Notes: a model not told the origin generated them from the sequence alone. Positions 1-11,445 are shown, numbered from the stretch's first letter. The stretch is DNA of 64,000 bases from an uncultured Chloroflexia bacterium (GCA_963817095.1 CAWFND010000001.1:88920-152919); one strand, 5' to 3'. Made by a program: numbers and translations.

Positions 1-773
1 TGGCGCAGGATCTTCAGCTCCTGGTCACCCGGGGGAATGGCGATCAGCCCCGCGAATGTGCCGTTGTCGCCCGGAAAGGTCGAGAAGAGCCCATAACCGA
101 GGTCGGCGCGCGGCGTCGGGGCCCACGGGCCGTCCGGCAGCGATGCGCCATCCCGAACGCGGTAATAACGCGTGTAGTAGATGACGCCGCAGTCGGACGA
201 CGCCTCGCCCATGCGCCGGCCGCCGAGCCCCTCGATCCAGTCCGGAACCGGGCTGCGACGACCCATGGCATCGACCACGAGGTCGGCCCGGAGCAGGCCA
301 TCGCTCGTCCGAACGCCGGCCACGCGGGGAGTGTCACCTGACATCCCGTCGAGCCCGACCACCCGGAGCTCCGACCGCACCGTGACGCCCGGCTCACGAA
401 GCACCGCCCAGCGGAGGCCCCATTCGATCAGCGGGCGCCGAACGCCGAGGATCTGGAGCTCGTCGTCCTCGGGTCGGAGGGGACCGCGAAGCTTCGGTCG
501 CAGGTCGAGGTCGTGGGCGCCGGCGTTGAGCAACGCCTGGTACACGTCAGGGAAGAGGTCCCGCAGCTCACGCCGCCCGCGGGACGTGAACGCGTGGGCC
601 TGGAGGAAGTGCGGGATCCCCTGGCGACGCCAGTCGACTGCGTCGAGCGCGTCACCCGCTGTCACCTCGTCGCGCTCGATCAGGGTGACCGTGTGGCCCG
701 CGCGTCCAAGCGCCAGCGCTGAGGCGAGGCCGGCGACTCCCGCGCCCAGGACCGCGACGGACAGAGACGGCAT
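1..773 (-). CDS. FAD-dependent oxidoreductase (runs off the left edge)
   Basis: Manual translation MPSLSVAVLGAGVAGLASALALGRAGHTVTLIERD (Rossmann GxGxxG) and ADLVVDAMGRRS. TACGAT lies 6 nt before the ATG. Confidence 0.85.
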   Translation of the reverse strand, partial: MPSLSVAVLGAGVAGLASALALGRAGHTVTLIERDEVTAGDALDAVDWRRQGIPHFLQAHAFTSRGRRELRDLFPDVYQALLNAGAHDLDLRPKLRGPLRPEDDELQILGVRRPLIEWGLRWAVLREPGVTVRSELRVVGLDGMSGDTPRVAGVRTSDGLLRADLVVDAMGRRSPVPDWIEGLGGRRMGEASSDCGVIYYTRYYRVRDGASLPDGPWAPTPRADLGYGLFSTFPGDNGTFAGLIAIPPGDQELKILR

Positions 774-868
774 CGGTAAATCGTAGCGCGCTCCAATACC
801 GTCGACCCCGCCTGGACGCGGCGACGGGCCCGGCTCGCGAGCTGTCTCGCGGCCGTCGGCCGAGCCGG

Positions 869-1432
869 CTAGCGCGCCACGCGGTAGCGGAGGGAGACGA
901 CTCTCGAGCTGAAGGTGCGGGCCTCGATGAGTTCGAGATCCACCCGGCGCTCGTGCTGCGGGAAGTAGGGAGTGCCACCGCCGACCAGCACCGGGTAGAC
1001 CCTGGCCCGGTACTCGTCGATGAGACCCAACTCGGCCGCCTCGGCGGCGAGGGTCGCGCCGCCGATCGCGATGTCGCCGTCCCCCGGCTCGGCCCGCAAC
1101 CGCTCGATCTCCGCAGCGAGGCCACCGGAGGCCAGGCGGGCAGTGCCCTGCACCGCCGACAGCGTCGTGGAGAACACCACCTTCGGGAGCGGCTTCCACA
1201 GTGCGGCCCATTCGATCTCCGAGTCGTCGAGCGATGGATCCTGGTCGGCGGTCTCCCAGTACAGCATCGTCTCGTACAGTCGTCGTCCCATCAGGTGGAC
1301 GCCGACCGCTCGGATCTCGTCGGTGACCAACCGCCAGACCTCCTCGTCGGGCGGCGGCGCAGTGATGTCGCCGTCCGGCCCGACGATGTAGCCGTCGAGC
1401 GAGACGCCCATCGAGTAGATCACGCTGCGCAT
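869..1432 (-). CDS. Dihydrofolate reductase/RibD C-terminal family protein
   Basis: MRSVIYSMGVSLDGYI...LMGRRLYE...LIDEYRARVYPVLVGGG; GAGGAGG RBS. Confidence 0.9.
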   Translation of the reverse strand: MRSVIYSMGVSLDGYIVGPDGDITAPPPDEEVWRLVTDEIRAVGVHLMGRRLYETMLYWETADQDPSLDDSEIEWAALWKPLPKVVFSTTLSAVQGTARLASGGLAAEIERLRAEPGDGDIAIGGATLAAEAAELGLIDEYRARVYPVLVGGGTPYFPQHERRVDLELIEARTFSSRVVSLRYRVAR

Positions 1433-1579
1433 CAGAAGTCCTCCTCGGTTACAGCTTCGACGATACGACCGCCGGACGCCGCGCAGCGGTGACGCACGAG
1501 CCGGCTCATCCCGCGGTCGTGGCCGGAACTCCACCCCGGCATGATGTCGGGCCGTTGCCGGGCCTCTACGCTTCCGAGC

Positions 1580-2784
1580 GTGACGACACGCCTCCGCACG
1601 CCGCCGACCGTGATCCCGTGGCTCGTCGACGCGACGATCGCCTTCGGTCTGGCCGCGCTGTCCCTGCTCGCCGTGGCGAGCGGCTCGGCCGATGCGGGTC
1701 AGAGCGATCCGCTCAGCATCACCCTCCTCCTGCTCGAGACCCTGCCGCTCCTCGTCCGCCGGCGCTGGCCGATCCCCGTGCTCGATCGTGACGCTGGCGG
1801 CCACGGCCGCTCCATGCCTCGCTGGTCCAGGGCCAGGTGGTCAACGAGAGCCTCGGAGCGCTCGTGGCGCTCTTCACGGTCGCGGAGCGGTACGACCGGC
1901 GCGTGGCGATCATCGCGGCGCTCGCCGTCGCGGCCACGTTCGCTCGGCGGTCATCGTGGCCAAGGCCGGCACCCAGTTCGCCGTCGCCGGGACGATCCAG
2001 ACGATGCTGTCCGTCGGGCATCGTCCTGGCGCTCGGCGACTGGGCCCGGACGCGACGCCAGTACGCCGCGGCGATCGAGGAGAACGCCCGGCTCCAGGAG
2101 TCCGAACGCGAGGAGCGATCGCGCCGCGCGGTCGAGGACGAACGCGAGCGGATCGCCCGCGAGCTCCACGACATCGTCACCCATCATGTCAGCGTGATCG
2201 TGATCCAGGCGGGGGCCGGATTGACGGCGCTCGATCGACGACCGGAGCGGGTCCGGACGGCGCTCGAGGCGATCGACCGAACGAGTCGCGAGGCCCTGAC
2301 CGACATGCGGCGCATGCTCGGCATCCTCGGGGAGGTGCCCGGGACGCCGGCCGCCGGCGACGATGCGCGGGCGCCGATGCCACGCCTCGAGCGCCTCGGC
2401 GAGCTCATCGAGGAGGTGCGGGCCGCCGGCCTCCCGGTCGAGCTGTCCCTCGACGGCGTCCGACGGCCGCTCGACGCCGGCGTCGAGCTGTCCGCCTATC
2501 GGATCGTCCAGGAGGCCCTGACGAACGCGCTCAAGCATGCCCGCGGCGCCCGCGCCCGGGTCCGCCTCGCCTACGAACCCCGGGCCATCGAGATCGAGGT
2601 GACCGACCAGGGTGGGGCAGGCCGGCGCGACCTCGGCGAGGCCGGCGGCGGCGGCCGCGGCCTGATCGGGATGCGCGAGCGCGTGGCGCTCTACGGGGGC
2701 GAGTTCGAAGCCGGCCCGACGCCGACCGGCTTCCGGGTCCATGCCCGCCTGCCGATCGACCCGGAACCGGCGGCCGGCGCATGA
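1580..2784 (+). CDS. Membrane sensor histidine kinase (HisKA_3), frameshifted
   Basis: ERERIARELHDIVTH, AYRIVQEALTNALKH, GRGLIGMRERV; N-terminal TM segments spread over frames. Confidence 0.9.
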
Positions 2785-3488
2785 GCGGCGCCATCCGGGT
2801 GATCCTCGTCGACGACCAGGGGCTCGTGCGGACCGGGTTCCGGATGATCCTCGAGGACGAGCCGGGCATCGAGGTGGTGGGCGAGGCGGCCGACGGCAGG
2901 GCAGGGGTCGAGGCGGCCGAGCGACTCCACCCCGACGTCGTGGTGATGGACATCCGGATGCCGGTCCTCGACGGCATCGAGGCGACGCGCCGCATCGTCC
3001 GCGACGGTGCCGCGCCGAACGCGCGGGTCCTCATCCTGACCACGTTCGATGCCGACGAGAACGTCGTCGAGGCCCTGCGCGCGGGGGCCAGCGGGTTCCT
3101 GCTCAAGGACGTGACCCCGGCCGACTTCGTCGTCGCGATCAAGACCATCGCCGCCGGCGACGCGCTCCTCGCGCCGGCGGTCACGCGGCGCCTGCTCGAC
3201 CGGTATGCGGACCGCCTGCCGCCGGTCAACGATGAGCGCAACGCGGCGCTCCGGGACCTGACCGAGCGCGAGATCGAGGTCCTGAAGCTCGTCGGGCGAG
3301 GGCTCTCGAACCGCGAGATCGCCGATCGGCTCGTCCTCGCCGAGCCGACGGTCAAGACCCACGTCTCGCACGTGTTCGACAAGCTCGACCTGCGCGACCG
3401 GGCCCAGGCGGTCGTGCTCGCCTACGAGGCCGGGCTCATCCGGCCCGGCTCGGTACGTAGACGCGACCGATACCACGGGATGAGCTGA
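2781..3488 (+). CDS. NarL/LuxR family response regulator
   Basis: IRVILVDDQGLVR, DVVVMDIRMP, LTEREIEVLKLVGRGLSNREIA; ATGA overlap with the kinase. Confidence 0.95.
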   Translation: MSGAIRVILVDDQGLVRTGFRMILEDEPGIEVVGEAADGRAGVEAAERLHPDVVVMDIRMPVLDGIEATRRIVRDGAAPNARVLILTTFDADENVVEALRAGASGFLLKDVTPADFVVAIKTIAAGDALLAPAVTRRLLDRYADRLPPVNDERNAALRDLTEREIEVLKLVGRGLSNREIADRLVLAEPTVKTHVSHVFDKLDLRDRAQAVVLAYEAGLIRPGSVRRRDRYHGMS

Positions 3489-3615
3489 CCGCGCGCGAAC
3501 CGACCCACCCGGCGCCCGGACTTCGAGACCCGGGACCGACGACGCCGGACGAGCTCGGGGTCGAACCTGATGTCAGCGCGAACGGCCCGTTCGCAAGACT
3601 CAGGAGATCACCACG

Positions 3616-4577
3616 ATGACCCTCGACTCGGCCATCTCGATGGCCGGACTCACGAAGCACTATCCGGGCGTGGCGGCCGTGACCGACCTCAGCCTGGAGG
3701 TCCCGACGGGTTCCATCTACGGCTTCCTCGGCCCCAACGGCGCCGGGAAGTCGACCACGATCAAGATGCTGGCCGGGCTCACGAAGCCGACGGGCGGCAG
3801 CGCGTCGGTCGCGGGGATCCCCGTGGCCGCCGGGCCCGGCTACCGGCGCGAGGTCGGCTATCTCGCCCAGGAGCCCCGGTTCTACGACTGGATGACCGGT
3901 CAGGAGACGCTGCAGTTCGTCGTCGTCGCTCTATCCGGCCGCCGATCGGGCGGATGCGCCGAAGATCGCCGCGGTCCTCGACCGGGTCGGCCTGGCCGAC
4001 GCGGCCGATCGGCGCACGTCGACCTACTCGGGCGGGATGCGCCAGCGGCTCGGCATCGCCCAGGCGCTCATCGGCTCGCCCGCGCTCCTGCTCCTCGATG
4101 AGCCCGTCAGCGCCCTCGACCCGATCGGCCGCCACGAGGTCCTCGACCTGATGCGCGAGCTCCGGGGCGAGGTCACGGTCTTCTATTCGACCCACATCCT
4201 CGACGACGTCGAACGCGTCAGCGATCACGTCGCGATCCTCGATGGGGGCCGGCTCGTTCGCTCCGCCCCGACCGCCGAGCTCCTCGCGAGCTTCGATCAG
4301 GACCAGCTCCGCGTCATCGATCGGCGGCGCCGACGACGCGACCGCCGTCGCGATCGCCTCGATCCCGGGTGTCATCTCGGTCGAACCGGCCGGGCGCTCG
4401 GGGGATCTCCGCAGCTACGTCGTCCGGATCGCGCCGGACGCCACCGCCGCCGTGCAGGCGGCGATCACCCGGTTCGCCGCCGACCACGGCCAGACCGTCA
4501 CCGAGAACCACGTCGTCCGCCTCGGACTGGAAGACGTCTTCCTTCGCCTCGTCACTTCCAAGGAGCATGCGGCATGA
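3616..4577 (+). CDS. ABC exporter ATP-binding subunit, frameshifted
   Basis: GPNGAGKST, YSGGMRQRLGIAQAL, LLLDEP, STHIL. Confidence 0.9.
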
Positions 4578-5391
4578 CCGCCTCGATCTCGCTTCCCTGC
4601 CCGGACCTCCGCGAGGATCTCCGCCGACCGCGTCGCGGGCTTCGGACCGCTGTTCCGCAAGGAGCTGCGCGAATGGGCCCACGGCAAGCGCCTGTGGGTG
4701 ATCCTCGGGGTCACGACGGCGTTCATGGTCCTGACCGCGGCCAACGCCGCACTCAACACCTGGATCGTCGCGAACGTCCCGGACGCCGAGGTGCATGCCG
4801 GGCCGATCTCGCTCGATCCGACCATGAACTTCCTCGGGGCGATCGCGTCCCAGATCTTCGTGATCGTCGCGATCTTCGCGGCGATGAGCCTGCTCGTCGC
4901 CGAGCGCGAGCGCGGCACCCTCGCCTGGGTCGCGTCCAAGCCGGTCTCTCGTGGCGCCATCTGGCTGTCCAAGTGGGCCGCGGCCGCGATCGTCGTGTCG
5001 ATCGTCGCGGGGATCATCCCGATGGCCGCGACCTTCGGTGTGGTCGCCGTGCTCTACGGCTCCGGCCGGCCTCGGGACATTCGCGCTGGCGGCGCTCGGG
5101 GTCGTGGCCTCGATCGCGTTCATGGTCGCGGTCGTCCTCGCGGTCTCGACCGTCATCCCGAACCAGGCCGCCGTCGCGGCGATCGGGTTCGCGGTGTTCC
5201 TCCTGCCGCAGATCCTCGTGAGCCTGGTGCCGGTCGACATCTCGCCGTTCCTGCCGACCTCGATCATGGCCTGGACCATGGCGCTGATCGGCGGGGCGGA
5301 CGCGGGGATCGTGACCCCGATCGTCTGGGCCGTGTCGGTCGTCGCGCTGGCAGGCTTCGCCTCCTGGCGGATGGAGCGCATCGAGTTCTAG
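4574..5391 (+). CDS. ABC-2 type permease, frameshifted
   Basis: ERERGTLAWVASKPVSR, several TM helices, coupled to the ATPase gene. Confidence 0.85.
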
Positions 5392-5415
5392 ACGCGGGGC
5401 TCACGTCCCCCGCTC

Positions 5416-5454
5416 CCACGGCGCCCGGTCGACTCGCTCGGCCGGGCGCCGTGG
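5416..5454 (+). terminator. GC-rich hairpin after the ABC operon
   Basis: CCACGGCGCCCGGTCGA / TCGGCCGGGCGCCGTGG inverted repeat; no U-tract. Confidence 0.45.
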
Positions 5455-5582
5455 CGTTCCGCGAAGGAGGAGGTGCCGGACCGTGAGGCTGGCAGGTGAC
5501 CGATCCCTGATGACGAACGTACCAGCCGAACGCATCGTTGGCGCCACAGACGAGGCCGGCAGACCGCGCCTACCCTCCGCTC

Positions 5583-5975
5583 ATGTCCAAAGGGTTCGCG
5601 CGACTCCTGCACCCGCGACGCCGGCCAGATCGGCGATCGCCGGACGGCCAGGTGGCAGCTGGCGGTGCGGTGGCGCTCGAGGACGAGACGCTGGGGCCAC
5701 CGCCGATCCTCCAGCCGGCCGCGATCTTCCGCCAGTACCTGTTCGACCCGACCGAGTTCACGCCCGAGTGGGCAAGACCGCGCAAAGCACTTGCACCCGC
5801 GCCGGATCCCGCGGTCGCGTCGGGCGCGATCGTCGACGAGCCTGCGGTCGCGACCGTGACCCCGCCGTCGACCGACGATGCGAAGCCCGCGGCGCGCGCT
5901 CGGCGGCCGAAGGCGAACGGCCCGTCCGACGGGCCCCGAACCAGGTCGAAGCGGACGCCCAAGCCGAAGTCCTAG
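5583..5975 (+). CDS. Hypothetical Pro/Ala/Lys-rich protein
   Basis: ORF with plausible codon usage; no recognised domain. Confidence 0.4.
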   Translation: MSKGFARLLHPRRRPDRRSPDGQVAAGGAVALEDETLGPPPILQPAAIFRQYLFDPTEFTPEWARPRKALAPAPDPAVASGAIVDEPAVATVTPPSTDDAKPAARARRPKANGPSDGPRTRSKRTPKPKS

Positions 5976-6040
5976 TGCCGGGACCCCTCTGCGTTCGCTT
6001 TTCGGAGTACGGTCCGGATAGCGAACCCAAGGGAGGAACC

Positions 6041-6478
6041 ATGGCAAACCTCGTCGTCCACTTCGAGATCCAGGCATCCGAGCCCCAGCGCCTCATCGAC
6101 TTCTACTCCCAGCTTCTCGGCTGGCGGTTCACGCAGTTCGGCGAGATGCCGTACTGGTCGATCGAGACGGGGGAGGGGGCCATCGGCAACGTCGCGGGCA
6201 CGGCGGGGCACGGGATCAACGGCGGCCTGAACCAGCGGCGGGGCCCGAAGCCGGAGCTCGGCGCGCCGGTGATGGGCTGCAACGTCGTCGTTGGCGTCGA
6301 TGATGTCGATTCCCTGATGCGGCGCGGCGTCGAGCTCGGCGGCACCGAGGCCCTCGCGGCCGCGGACATGCAGGGCGTGGGCCGCGTCGGTTACCTGCTT
6401 GACCCCGACAACAACGTCTTCGGCCTGATCTCGGCCGTCATGTCCGACGGTACGACCGGGATGGGCGGCGGCGGCTAG
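6041..6478 (+). CDS. VOC/glyoxalase family protein
   Basis: MANLVVHFEIQASEP...FYSQLLGW...DPDNNVFGL; GGAGG RBS. Confidence 0.9.
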   Translation: MANLVVHFEIQASEPQRLIDFYSQLLGWRFTQFGEMPYWSIETGEGAIGNVAGTAGHGINGGLNQRRGPKPELGAPVMGCNVVVGVDDVDSLMRRGVELGGTEALAAADMQGVGRVGYLLDPDNNVFGLISAVMSDGTTGMGGGG

Positions 6479-6504
6479 CTCGTTCGCGCAGGACGGGAGC
6501 TCAG

Positions 6505-7218
6505 CTACCGGACGCGAAGCGGCTCGAAGCTCGGGTCGCGCCGCCAGGTGTCGCCGGCGCGTGCGATGCGCGCGATGACCAGGTGCCCGGGAGCGACATC
6601 CTCGAGCACGGCGATCTCCGCGGCCTCCTCGATGCGTGACGCCTGGCCGTCTGCGTCCACGTCCGTCGGTCGTTCTGCGAGTCCGACCGTGACGTAGCAG
6701 ACGGCCTTGCCCCGGCACAGGTCGCTGGTGGCCGGCTCGCACAGCAGAAGCTCCTCGCCGTCCGGACCGATCGCGACTCCCGGCGACACGACCACGACGG
6801 GGCCGCCACCGGGCTGGCCCGGCTCCAGGCTGACCTCGAGGCCGCTGACGATCCCACTTCCGTGGAGCAGCCGATTGTGGCGACGGTGCTTGGCTCGGTG
6901 GTAGTGCTGCTCCTCCTCGAAGTCATCGGCCGACAGCAGCTTGCCCGCGAAGAAGCGGTTCCGGATCAGCGCCCGGTCCGGACACGGCGCGGCGTGCACC
7001 CGCCCGAGGTGCTCCACGATCTCCTGGAGGCGAGCCCGGCCGCGTGACGTTCCGTCCGCTCGATCCAGCACGGATTCGGCAAGGAACGCGAACAGCTCGA
7101 CGATCGTCACGCCGGGATCGCTCTCCGCTTGGTCCGTCCACTCGGGCGCGAACACCGCGACACGCGCCCGCAGGTCGCGCGCAAGCTCGTCCCAGTCGCG
7201 TTCCGTCAGCTCGGTCAC
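6505..7218 (-). CDS. Orphan eCIS-related protein (baseplate N-terminal motif fused to a tail-fibre-anchor-like domain)
   Basis: APEWTDQAESDPGVTIVELFAFL, then RNRFFAGKLLSADDFEEEQHYHRAKHRRHNRLLHGSGIVSGLEV; GAGGAG RBS before the GTG. Confidence 0.7.
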   Translation of the reverse strand: MTELTERDWDELARDLRARVAVFAPEWTDQAESDPGVTIVELFAFLAESVLDRADGTSRGRARLQEIVEHLGRVHAAPCPDRALIRNRFFAGKLLSADDFEEEQHYHRAKHRRHNRLLHGSGIVSGLEVSLEPGQPGGGPVVVVSPGVAIGPDGEELLLCEPATSDLCRGKAVCYVTVGLAERPTDVDADGQASRIEEAAEIAVLEDVAPGHLVIARIARAGDTWRRDPSFEPLRVR

Positions 7219-7315
7219 GTGGTTCTCCTCGTTACGCCCGCTCACCGGCCGAGAGCCTACGCCCGGTGCGTCACGCCTCGATCTCGCCCGCCTCGAGGCC
7301 CCGTAGAGTGATGTC

Positions 7316-8092
7316 GTGCTGATCATCGTGCCGCCGTCGGAGTCGAAGCGACCGTCGCCGGATCACGGCCGGTCGCTGGTGCTGGAGGACCTGTCGTTTC
7401 CGGAGCTGACGCCGCTGCGGACCCGAATCCTCGAGGCCCTGATCGAGACCAGTGCCGGCCCGGACGCCTTCGATCGGCTGTTCGAGCGGCCGACGATGGC
7501 CGCAAAGATCGCGCGCAACACGCGGCTTCTCGAGCTTCCGACCCGACCCGCGAGCGACGTGTACAGCGGGCCACTGCACGGGGGTCTCGACCTCGGCTCG
7601 CTCACCGGAGCCGCCGCGGCGCGAGCCGAGCGCAGCGTCGTGATCGCGTCCGCGCTGTGGGGCGCCCTCCGGCCGGGCGATCGGATCCCTGCCTACCGCA
7701 TGCGGCCCTGGTCGAATCTCGTCGGCATCGGGCGTGTCGAGCAGACGTGGCGGACCGTCCTCCCGGGCCTCTTCGCCGGCCTCGCGGGGCCTGCGGGCAT
7801 CGTCTTCGACCTGCGTCCGCCGAGCCTTCAGGCGATGGGCATGCCACTTGGCCTCGGCGATCGAACGGTGGCGATCCGGGTCGACCAGCTGGACGATGGA
7901 GGAGGGCGCATCGGCGACGTCGTCGCCAAGCGGATGCGTGGAGAGGCGGCGCACCAGCTGCTCGAATCCGGCGTCGAGCCCGACGAGCCGGACGCCCTGG
8001 CCGACGTCCTCGCCGAACGATGGCCGGTACGCCTCGCCGAGCCGGAGCGATCCGGCCACTCGTGGACGTTGTCCCTCACGGCGAACGACTGA
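7316..8092 (+). CDS. yaaA: Peroxide stress protein YaaA (DUF328)
   Basis: [43 protein letters not shown]. Confidence 0.85.
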   Translation: MLIIVPPSESKRPSPDHGRSLVLEDLSFPELTPLRTRILEALIETSAGPDAFDRLFERPTMAAKIARNTRLLELPTRPASDVYSGPLHGGLDLGSLTGAAAARAERSVVIASALWGALRPGDRIPAYRMRPWSNLVGIGRVEQTWRTVLPGLFAGLAGPAGIVFDLRPPSLQAMGMPLGLGDRTVAIRVDQLDDGGGRIGDVVAKRMRGEAAHQLLESGVEPDEPDALADVLAERWPVRLAEPERSGHSWTLSLTAND

Positions 8093-8157
8093 GACCTACG
8101 AGTCCGGGCCGGTCGCGTTCACGACCTTGATGCAAGACTAGACAGGGAGGGAGCCGG

Positions 8158-9564
8158 ATGGTCGAGACAACCGCGCGGATCGCGCCACATCACCTGGATC
8201 AGCTGCGCCGATCGTGCACCGACGTGATCGCGCCCGGGGACGCGGGCTACGACGACGCGCGCCGCCTGTGGAACGCAGTCCACGATCGACGGCCGGCGGT
8301 CATCGCCCGCCCGTCGGGCGCAGAGGAGGTGGCCACCGCGGTCGGCTTCGCACGCGAGCACGACCTCGAGATCACCATTCGGTCCGGCGGCCACAGCGCG
8401 GCCGCGTTCGGAGGCGCAAACGGCGGCCTCCTCGTCGACATGTCCGCGATGCGCGGCGTCGTGGCAGACCCGCGGACCCGAACCGCCCGGGCGAACGGCG
8501 GTGCGCTCCTCGGTGAGTTGGACGTCGCCGCGCAGGGGCACGGCCTCGTCTGCCCGATCGGCGTGATCGGCCACACCGGCGTGGCCGGGCTGACGCTCGG
8601 GGGTGGGATCGGCCGGCTCCAGCGCCACTTCGGGCTGACGATCGACAACCTGGCCGCCGTCGAGCTCGTGACCGCCGACGGGCGCCTCCTCCGCGCGACC
8701 GAGACCGAGGAGCCCGAGCTCTTCTGGGGCCTGCGCGGCGCCGGCTGGAACTTCGGGATCGCGACCGCGTTCGAGTTCCGCCTTCAGCCGTTCGGCCCGG
8801 ACCTCCATCGCGGCGTCCTGACGTTTCCAGCGACGCAGGTCCATGAGATCTGGAGCGTCTTCCGCGACTTCGCGCCGAGCGCCGCCGATGCGGTGGCGGC
8901 TATCTACGGGATCGCGCTCGCCGGGGAAGGGGAGGGCTACCCCGACGACGTCGTCGGCAAGCCGATCGCCTACCTGGCCTGGAACCACAGCGGCGCCGCG
9001 GCCGACGTCGAGCGGGATACGGCCGGCCTGCGGAGTGGGCCGAAGCCGCTGACGACGACGATCGGTAGTGCGCCGTATCTCGAGGTCCAGACTGCCCACG
9101 ACCTCGCGTTCGCCTGGGGCAGCCGGTCGTTCATCAAGAGCCACAACGCGGACGACGTGCGACCGGAGGCACTGGACGAGGTGGTCGAGCTCATCGCGGC
9201 GGCGCCGGGGGACTCGAGCTTCTCGATCACGGTGCTCGGTGGGGCGATCGCCCGCGTCCCCGAGGAGGCAACCGCATTTGCGGGCCGAACCGCCGCGTAC
9301 GACCTGAGCGCTGACTCCGACTGGAAGGACGCGGCGGACGACCAGCCCAACATGGAGTGGTGCCGGCGCGTGATGTCGGTCGTCGAGCCGGACCGCACCC
9401 TCGGCGCCTACCCCAACGGCAACGCCGACGCCGGCCCCGCGGAGACCCGCCGTCTTTACGGCGACGCGAAACTCGCCCGGCTGGCCGCGCTAAAGCGGAC
9501 ATGGGACCCCGAGAACGTGTTCCATGTGAACCCCAACGTGGCGCCCGCGCCGTCGGAAGGCTGA
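8158..9564 (+). CDS. FAD-binding oxidoreductase (BBE-like)
   Basis: RSGGHS covalent-FAD His motif, GVAGLTLGGG, LKRTWDPENVFHVN. Confidence 0.92.
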   Translation: MVETTARIAPHHLDQLRRSCTDVIAPGDAGYDDARRLWNAVHDRRPAVIARPSGAEEVATAVGFAREHDLEITIRSGGHSAAAFGGANGGLLVDMSAMRGVVADPRTRTARANGGALLGELDVAAQGHGLVCPIGVIGHTGVAGLTLGGGIGRLQRHFGLTIDNLAAVELVTADGRLLRATETEEPELFWGLRGAGWNFGIATAFEFRLQPFGPDLHRGVLTFPATQVHEIWSVFRDFAPSAADAVAAIYGIALAGEGEGYPDDVVGKPIAYLAWNHSGAAADVERDTAGLRSGPKPLTTTIGSAPYLEVQTAHDLAFAWGSRSFIKSHNADDVRPEALDEVVELIAAAPGDSSFSITVLGGAIARVPEEATAFAGRTAAYDLSADSDWKDAADDQPNMEWCRRVMSVVEPDRTLGAYPNGNADAGPAETRRLYGDAKLARLAALKRTWDPENVFHVNPNVAPAPSEG

Positions 9565-9601
9565 TTGCTGATCGTCCTCGCAAGGGCCGGTTTCGTGCCC
9601 C

Positions 9602-10280
9602 TCAGGCCTTGGAGAAGTCCGCCGTCCTGGGAATCAGCGGAGGCGGGGTCCCGATCACGATCGCGATCTCCTCAAGGTTGGTCAGCTGGATCGCGCGCGG
9701 ATCCCCTGCGTGGACGTCGCCGTTGACGTAGACGGCGATCGTCGTCGGGCTGCAGAAGGTCCCGACACACGAGTCGCTGAGGGGCACGCCCCACTCGGTG
9801 AAGAACTGTCCCAGCGTGTTCGGTTCGGGATCCGACGACTCTGTGTGGACGATTCCCGTCACGTCATGCGTGTGCAGCGGCGAGATGCACGGGTCATTGC
9901 ACAGGTTGATGCCGCCGTAGCCCACTGAGCCATCAGGCTCATTGAACCGGCGCACGGCGGGATCAACGATGTTGATGCCGAATTCCTGCCGGTACCACGA
10001 TCGGCTTGCCGTCGACGAACACATCCAGATGGGCGTGGACGTGATTGACCAGGAACTCCTTCGGCCCCGGCTTCAGGCCGGCTTCGACCGTCCGTTCCAT
10101 CGGATCCGGCGGCGCCGGCCAGAGGACGGCTGGACGGGCGGCGGGCGAGGCAGAGCCGCCATCGCTTTGGGATGCCTGGGCGGGGGAGCTCGCCCCGTCT
10201 ACCGCCCGACCTTCGCAGCCGGCGACTAGGGCAAGGCCCGCGATGGCGATTGCGAACGGCAAGGCCAGTGGCCGACGCAT
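9602..10280 (-). CDS. Hypothetical lipoprotein with His motifs, one frameshift near 9980
   Basis: Lipobox LVAGC; HVHAHLDVFVDG; CISPLHTHDVTGIVH. Confidence 0.75.
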
Positions 10281-10439
10281 GACGGTTCCCCTCGCGCCAG
10301 AGTCCCTCGGCCCGTCAGGGTACCGGATCTGACGTCGGTTGATGTGATGTCCGACCCTACGGTCGGATGGCCCATGAGCCGCCGCGGACTCGCACTTTGG
10401 CGAGTGCACAATGGCGATCGTCGAACAGAGGACGGGTTG

Positions 10440-11423
10440 GTGAAGATCGCAATGCGGGATCGCTGGGGCGGACCCGAGGTCATGGAGATCCGCGAGGTCC
10501 CGACGCCCGTCCCGACCGGCGATCAGGTGCTCGTGAAGGTTCGCGGCGCCTCGGTCAACCGGGCGGACCTTGACTGGATGCTGCCGAAGCTGGGCTGGAT
10601 CGCGCGCCTGTTCCTCGGGCTGCGGCGCCCACGGCGCCACACGCTCGGCATCGACGTCGCAGGGACCGTCGAGTCCATCGGGCCCGAGGCGAACAGGCTC
10701 AAGCCCGGCGATCGCGTGTTCGGGGACCTGATCTTCGCCGGCATGGCGGCGTTCGCCGAGTACGTCTGCGTGCCGGAGCGGGCGCTCCAGCTGATCCCCG
10801 ACGAGCTGTCGTACGAGGAGGCCGGGACGCTGCCGCATTCGGCGCTCCTCGGCGTGATGGGCCTGAAGCCCTACTGGGGCCAGGAGTTGCGGGCCGGCGA
10901 CAGCGTGATGATCGTCGGCGCGTCGGGCAACGTCGGCCCGTTCGCCGTCCAGATCGCCAAGGCCCGCGGCCTGCGGGTCACCGGCGTCTGCCGGACCGAG
11001 AAGGTGGACTTCGTCCGGTCGCTCGGCGCGGACGAGGTCATCGACTACAGGACGACCGACTACACGAAGAGCGGGCCGTACGACCGGATTGTCGACGTCG
11101 ATGCCCATCGCTCGATCTTCGGCTACCGGAAGACCCTCAAGCCGGGCGGCGTCTACATCTCGATGGGCGGGAACGGGGTCTGGATCCTGTCGTTCCTCGC
11201 TGCCGCGCTGACGTTCAGCCTGGGGCGGGGCGGCAAGCACCTCGGGCTGATGCCCGGCTGGCGCCCGTTCCACCCCGACGACGTCGCGATCCTGCGCCAG
11301 CTCATCGCCGAGGGCGCGATCCAGCCGCGGATCGACCGCCGCTACCCGCTCGCGGAGATCGCGGCGGCGCTCCGCGACGTCCACGAGGGCCGCAACAAGG
11401 GCAAGATCGTCATCACCTTCTGA
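10440..11423 (+). CDS. NAD(P)-dependent MDR-family oxidoreductase
   Basis: ASVNRAD, LGIDVAGTV, GASGNVG, GADEVIDY, GKIVI. Confidence 0.92.
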   Translation: MKIAMRDRWGGPEVMEIREVPTPVPTGDQVLVKVRGASVNRADLDWMLPKLGWIARLFLGLRRPRRHTLGIDVAGTVESIGPEANRLKPGDRVFGDLIFAGMAAFAEYVCVPERALQLIPDELSYEEAGTLPHSALLGVMGLKPYWGQELRAGDSVMIVGASGNVGPFAVQIAKARGLRVTGVCRTEKVDFVRSLGADEVIDYRTTDYTKSGPYDRIVDVDAHRSIFGYRKTLKPGGVYISMGGNGVWILSFLAAALTFSLGRGGKHLGLMPGWRPFHPDDVAILRQLIAEGAIQPRIDRRYPLAEIAAALRDVHEGRNKGKIVITF

Positions 11424-11445
11424 TCGGCGAGCCTCTTCGAGCAAA

